A stretch of 32,000 nucleotides of DNA from Trichodesmium erythraeum IMS101 (GTDB lineage: Bacteria > Cyanobacteriota > Cyanobacteriia > Cyanobacteriales > Microcoleaceae): assembly GCF_000014265.1 (NCBI RefSeq), contig NC_008312.1:3960001-3992000 (forward strand). The letters run 5' to 3'. Made by a program: the position numbers and the translations under genes. Of this stretch, positions 28,466-32,000 are shown piece by piece. Under the pieces are notes generated by a model. The model was not told where the DNA came from. It made no database searches and was given only the letters and a program-made list of their open reading frames with translations. Every line of letters starts with the position of its first letter. Position 1 is the stretch's first letter.

Positions 28466-28918
28466 ATGACAAAACTAGATTACGACTTAGTTATTGTTGG
28501 TGGGGGCATTGCTGGGACTGCTCTAGCTTGCGCTCTGAAAAATTCTGGTTTAAAAGTGGCATTAGTTGAGACTAAACTTAAATGTGTAGCTGCCAGAAAA
28601 AAACTTGCTTATAACCTTTCCTTAATTTCAGGCAGAATATTGGATGGCATTGGAGTTTGGCAAAAAATTTTGCCCAAAATTACTACATATAGGCAAATAA
28701 GTCTTTCTGATGGTAACTATCCCCATACTGTTCAATTTTATCCTAATTATTTAGCTATTAGTGGTGAGAAACAAACCTCAAAAGAGGGGCTAGGTTATGT
28801 GGGAGAACATCAAGTTATGCTGACGGTAATGCAAGAGTTTTTGGCGGACTTTGAGCAATTTACTTAGTTATGTCCGGCAGAAGTTTTGCGGGTAAATTAT
28901 CAATCTAATTTTCTATAA
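28466..28918 (+). pseudogene. UbiH/UbiF/COQ6-family FAD-dependent hydroxylase, N-terminal third only
   Basis: DYDLVIVGGGIAGTALACAL is the FAD-binding GxGxxG motif. An in-frame TAG at 28865 is followed by LCPAEVLRVNYQSN in the same frame, then the homology stops. About 270 codons expected for this family are absent. Confidence 0.65.
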
Positions 28919-29465
28919 TTCCTATCGATATTTGATAACAGGGCAGGACTTACACAAAGGCTCTAATTTTAGTAAAAATATTAGTAAAAATGTCTGAATA
29001 AATTACCAGAAATACATCATATATAGTAATACTGCGTAAGTTCTGTAAAGTATGGGTGGTGGTGTATTGTAATTATTTTTGTTGGGAGAACAGTGAGAGC
29101 ATTTTGTTTCTATCTAGACATTATGGGAGTAGGACTACCAAATAATGTAGGTTTGAATGTTTAATGGCTTAACTCTCTTTGATCACTTTGCGAGGTCTCA
29201 ATGGCTGAGAGCATTTCAGAGACTTAATTTCTATTTTTGGCCATAATTTTTAGTTACTGGCGCGAAAATCATGTTTATTGTAGGAGTCATTATTATTTTA
29301 ATTGTTCTCTATACGCAACCTAAATACGCAACCTAAACATTGTGAGTTAAACTCTCTGCAATTTCACTTCACTAATCAAGGTTACTGGGGTATCTTATAA
29401 GTATTATTATTGTTTTTACAGATGAATATCAAAGATTATAAGCTATAAAAACAATAGATATATTA

Positions 29466-29494
29466 TTGACATTTTTAAAATCATTAAATACAAT
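29466..29494 (+). promoter_or_regulatory. Near-consensus sigma70-type promoter for the orphan gene
   Basis: TTGACA (29466-29471), a 17-nt spacer, then TACAAT (29489-29494). A GAGGA Shine-Dalgarno at 29513-29517 lies 8 nt before the ATG at 29526. Confidence 0.45.
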
Positions 29495-29525
29495 ATAGTT
29501 ATAGATTAAAATAGAGGACGTAGTT

Positions 29526-30599
29526 ATGTTTTTGAACCCTAGTATTCATCAACAAATCCACGATTTAGAATTGGCTATGGAACAGTTAGAATTACAGAAA
29601 GAAGCCATTGCATTTGCTAAGAAAATTGATAATGAAGTAGGTAAGATAACTGAGCGTTTAGAAGAGATATTTAAGCAGTTTCCTGACTATAAAAATATAG
29701 TTTCAAAGAGGTTAAGGTTTGGTGAAGTAATTATAGATGAGGATTTAAGTATTGAGGATATCAATGACGTTGATGCAGAATTTTACAGTAGTGAGGTTAT
29801 TGAAGTAAAAGAGATAGAAAAAACTATAGAGACATCTGCAACAGATACATTACAACTAGGTGATTTGGTTGAAAATAATTCAAATGGAGAGAGACTTTAT
29901 GTGTTGAGTTTAGATTGTAATCATAAGAAAAGAAATCCTTATTATATAGTCTGCGATGAGAATAGGATATTCAAGATAAAAGAAAAAAATGTATTATTCT
30001 TGGCTCAATCTAATGATGAAAAAATAGCCTATGTTTATAGTTGCGTAAAAAATCTACTCTTAAAAGCAACAGATAACTACAACTTAAGTCTTGTTTTAAA
30101 TAATTTGACTGATGAGATTCAAACATCTGTATGGAAAACACTTACTATAGAGGAAAAAAATCACATTGAGTGCGTTCGCGCTTGTCCTAAACTACTTCCT
30201 GGAACTTCACTCAGAGAGGTGGGGGTATTAGGAAGTAAAGTTTTATATGTTGGTCATAATGAAAATAAGAAGAAAGAAGCTTATTACATTGGCTATTATC
30301 TGAATGGAGAGCATGTAGCAAAAGATAAGAGAGTTGTATTAATAGATGGAGATTTTAAGCCTACTGTTTGTGATCAGAAATATATTAAACCGTTGATGAA
30401 GCCTCAACCTGATGAGTTTGATAAAGTACATCAGGAAATGTTGATAGAATTAAAGTCATGGATGGAACCGTCGATATATGGTTTCAAGCCTTTAGTTGAA
30501 TCTGATGATATTGTTAATGATAAGCATAACCAGAGGTCTCCTATATTATTAAAGTCCTTGGAAATTAGGATGAAAAAATGGCTAAAATTTCTTGGGTAG
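29526..30599 (+). CDS. Hypothetical protein (orphan): N-terminal coiled-coil-like segment, acidic linker, two related beta-rich modules
   Basis: 357-aa uninterrupted ORF with good promoter and SD signals. It is very AT-rich and K/E/N/I-rich. I recognise no family signature. Confidence 0.6.
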   Translation: MFLNPSIHQQIHDLELAMEQLELQKEAIAFAKKIDNEVGKITERLEEIFKQFPDYKNIVSKRLRFGEVIIDEDLSIEDINDVDAEFYSSEVIEVKEIEKTIETSATDTLQLGDLVENNSNGERLYVLSLDCNHKKRNPYYIVCDENRIFKIKEKNVLFLAQSNDEKIAYVYSCVKNLLLKATDNYNLSLVLNNLTDEIQTSVWKTLTIEEKNHIECVRACPKLLPGTSLREVGVLGSKVLYVGHNENKKKEAYYIGYYLNGEHVAKDKRVVLIDGDFKPTVCDQKYIKPLMKPQPDEFDKVHQEMLIELKSWMEPSIYGFKPLVESDDIVNDKHNQRSPILLKSLEIRMKKWLKFLG

Positions 30600-30761
30600 T
30601 CTTGTAGACGTATTGATATTTATAAGTCAGCTCCTTTCACTGTCAGGACTATAACTACAAAAATCACCACTACCTGCATTTTAAAACTTTTGAGCAGGTC
30701 ATTTATCAGTTTTATTATACTATTATATCAGAGCATAATATAGTTGAATTTTTTTCAGAGA

Positions 30762-30816
30762 CCAAAAATCAAAAAATCAGTGAAGCAATTGTTTGGTTAA
30801 AAAAATTACTTCACTG
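30762..30816 (-). terminator. Rho-independent terminator candidate for the glycogen debranching enzyme gene
   Basis: On the minus strand an 8-bp stem (cagtgaag / cttcactg, 23-nt loop) is followed by attttttgattttt. It starts 37 nt after the stop. Confidence 0.45.
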
Positions 30817-30852
30817 CTAAATACCACCTTAAATAAAGAGTGTCTCTTGATT

Positions 30853-32000
30853 TTAACTAACTTGATGAATGAGTGACCAAGCTCGTAAAACTTCTGCAAC
30901 ACTCCACGCTTGAGCAATACAACCACGAGGTGTTGTTGGTTCATTACCGTCAAAAATTTCGCTAATACTACCAATACCATGCACCATCAAATGTTTTTCC
31001 ATTGGTTTCAATAACTCTTTAGCTTTTACTGGATCTTTATAAATTCGTAAATGGGCTATAACATAACTACCGATCAACCAACCCCAAACAGTCCCTTGGT
31101 GATAGGCCCTATCACGTTTCTCCATATCTCCTCCATAAATACCCTTATACTCTGGATCATCACTACTAAGACTGCGTAACCCATAGGGAGTTAATAACTT
31201 CTGAGTGCATATCTCCATCACTTGTTTTTCTTGTTCTACTGTCAGAAGGGGAGTATAACTATATTTTTGACTTATTGGTGGTAGTGATAAAGCAAATATT
31301 TGATTAGGTCGCAAAGAAGCATCATTACCACTAGGTGTATCTATGACGTCGTAACAATAACCACTTTTATTATTCCAGAAACGGGGAAAACCTTTATCTT
31401 TGATCAACCTTATTAATTGTTTGTACTTAAGCTCTCTCTTCTTTAACTTTTCGGCAAACCTATACATGATTTGCAAAGCATTATACCACAAAGCACTGAT
31501 TTCAATTGGTTTCCCAATACGCGCTGTTACTGGCGAGTTATCAACTTTGGCATCCATCCAAGTAATTTGACTACCTGGTTCACCAGCAAAGATTAAACCA
31601 TCATCAGTATCTAACTTAACGTTGTAACGAGTACCTTTAGAATAGTAGTCAATAATTTCTTCTAGTACTGGAAATAATTGTGCTAATAATTTGTCATCTT
31701 CGGTGGCTTCATAATACGCACGAATGGCTTCAAAATACCATAGTGTTGTATCTACAGTATTATAAGTTGGTGTTCCACCACTTTCTGGGAAGTTGTTAGG
31801 TAACATTCCCTCTTTGACATATTTGGCAAAGGTTTGAAGAATGGAACGTGCTACATCAAATTGCTTTGTACAGATGGTTAAACCTGGTAAGCTAATCATT
31901 GTATCTCGCCCCCAGTCTTGAAACCAATGATAACCTGCAATGATGGTTTTCCCTTCTGTATGTTCAGGAGATTTGCGATCAACTATAAATTGGTTCGCTG
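30853..32000 (-). CDS. Glycogen debranching enzyme / amylo-alpha-1,6-glucosidase (GDE_C, six-hairpin glycosidase), N-terminus outside the window
   Basis: The frame stays open upstream of the listed Met through to position 32000 (...TIIAGYHWFQDWGRDTMISLPGL). The GYHWF.DWGRDTMI.LPGL, NTVD..LW, WMDA and QAWS motifs are typical of the archaeal-type GDE family. Confidence 0.85.
   Translation of the reverse strand, partial: ANQFIVDRKSPEHTEGKTIIAGYHWFQDWGRDTMISLPGLTICTKQFDVARSILQTFAKYVKEGMLPNNFPESGGTPTYNTVDTTLWYFEAIRAYYEATEDDKLLAQLFPVLEEIIDYYSKGTRYNVKLDTDDGLIFAGEPGSQITWMDAKVDNSPVTARIGKPIEISALWYNALQIMYRFAEKLKKRELKYKQLIRLIKDKGFPRFWNNKSGYCYDVIDTPSGNDASLRPNQIFALSLPPISQKYSYTPLLTVEQEKQVMEICTQKLLTPYGLRSLSSDDPEYKGIYGGDMEKRDRAYHQGTVWGWLIGSYVIAHLRIYKDPVKAKELLKPMEKHLMVHGIGSISEIFDGNEPTTPRGCIAQAWSVAEVLRAWSLIHQVS

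Noticed and set aside
1-32000. CRISPR arrays, tRNA/rRNA/tmRNA genes
   Set aside because: No regularly spaced 25-40-bp repeats are present. No tRNA-like T-arm/acceptor combinations or rRNA-like segments were noticed on either strand. A by-eye scan could miss a divergent tRNA.
23566-32000. Absence of HIP1 octamers after 23.6 kb as a sign of a foreign island
   Set aside because: A comparable HIP1-free gap exists between about 5.0 and 13.3 kb, which includes clearly native genes. The statistic is uninformative at this scale.

Overview
**Origin.** This is an AT-rich cyanobacterial chromosome segment. HIP1 octamers (GCGATCGC) recur through it, and the gene content points to a filamentous, Nostocales-type genome (petE, Ycf35/Fed7, DUF4335/DUF3038, Nostoc-type short dispersed repeats). 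All family calls are by-eye motif recognition; no database search was run.

**Intact genes, in order:**
- plastocyanin petE, divergent from a BlaI-type repressor plus an M56 protease (the PetR/PetP copper switch)
- a GGCT-like protein
- an aldo/keto reductase with a 4Fe-4S tail
- a DUF151 bifunctional nuclease
- riboflavin synthase
- a PRPX/SnoaL-like protein
- a saccharopine-dehydrogenase-like oxidoreductase
- the DUF2997 / DUF1257(Ycf35) / Fed7-like ferredoxin triad
- DUF4335 and DUF3038
- a DUF1565 beta-helix protein with a SPOR-like tail
- thiE and thiS
- an LRR + FGE-sulfatase fusion protein
- an AT-rich orphan of 357 aa
- a partial glycogen debranching enzyme

**Gene decay.** Decay is unusually dense. 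The decayed genes are a TnpB remnant, an inositol-monophosphatase-family gene, hypD, a P-loop NTPase fragment, a ClpB-D2-like AAA+ gene and a UbiH-family hydroxylase. This suggests a genome undergoing erosion, such as a symbiont-type Nostocales; that is inference only.

**Unexplained region.** No CRISPR array, tRNA/rRNA or complete defence operon is visible. The least-explained region is 24.9-30.6 kb. It holds the LRR-FGE protein, whose GC-rich C-terminal tail looks like a DGR variable region although no template repeat or reverse transcriptase lies in the window. It also holds the decayed AAA+ gene, a MITE-like element and the well-signalled orphan gene.
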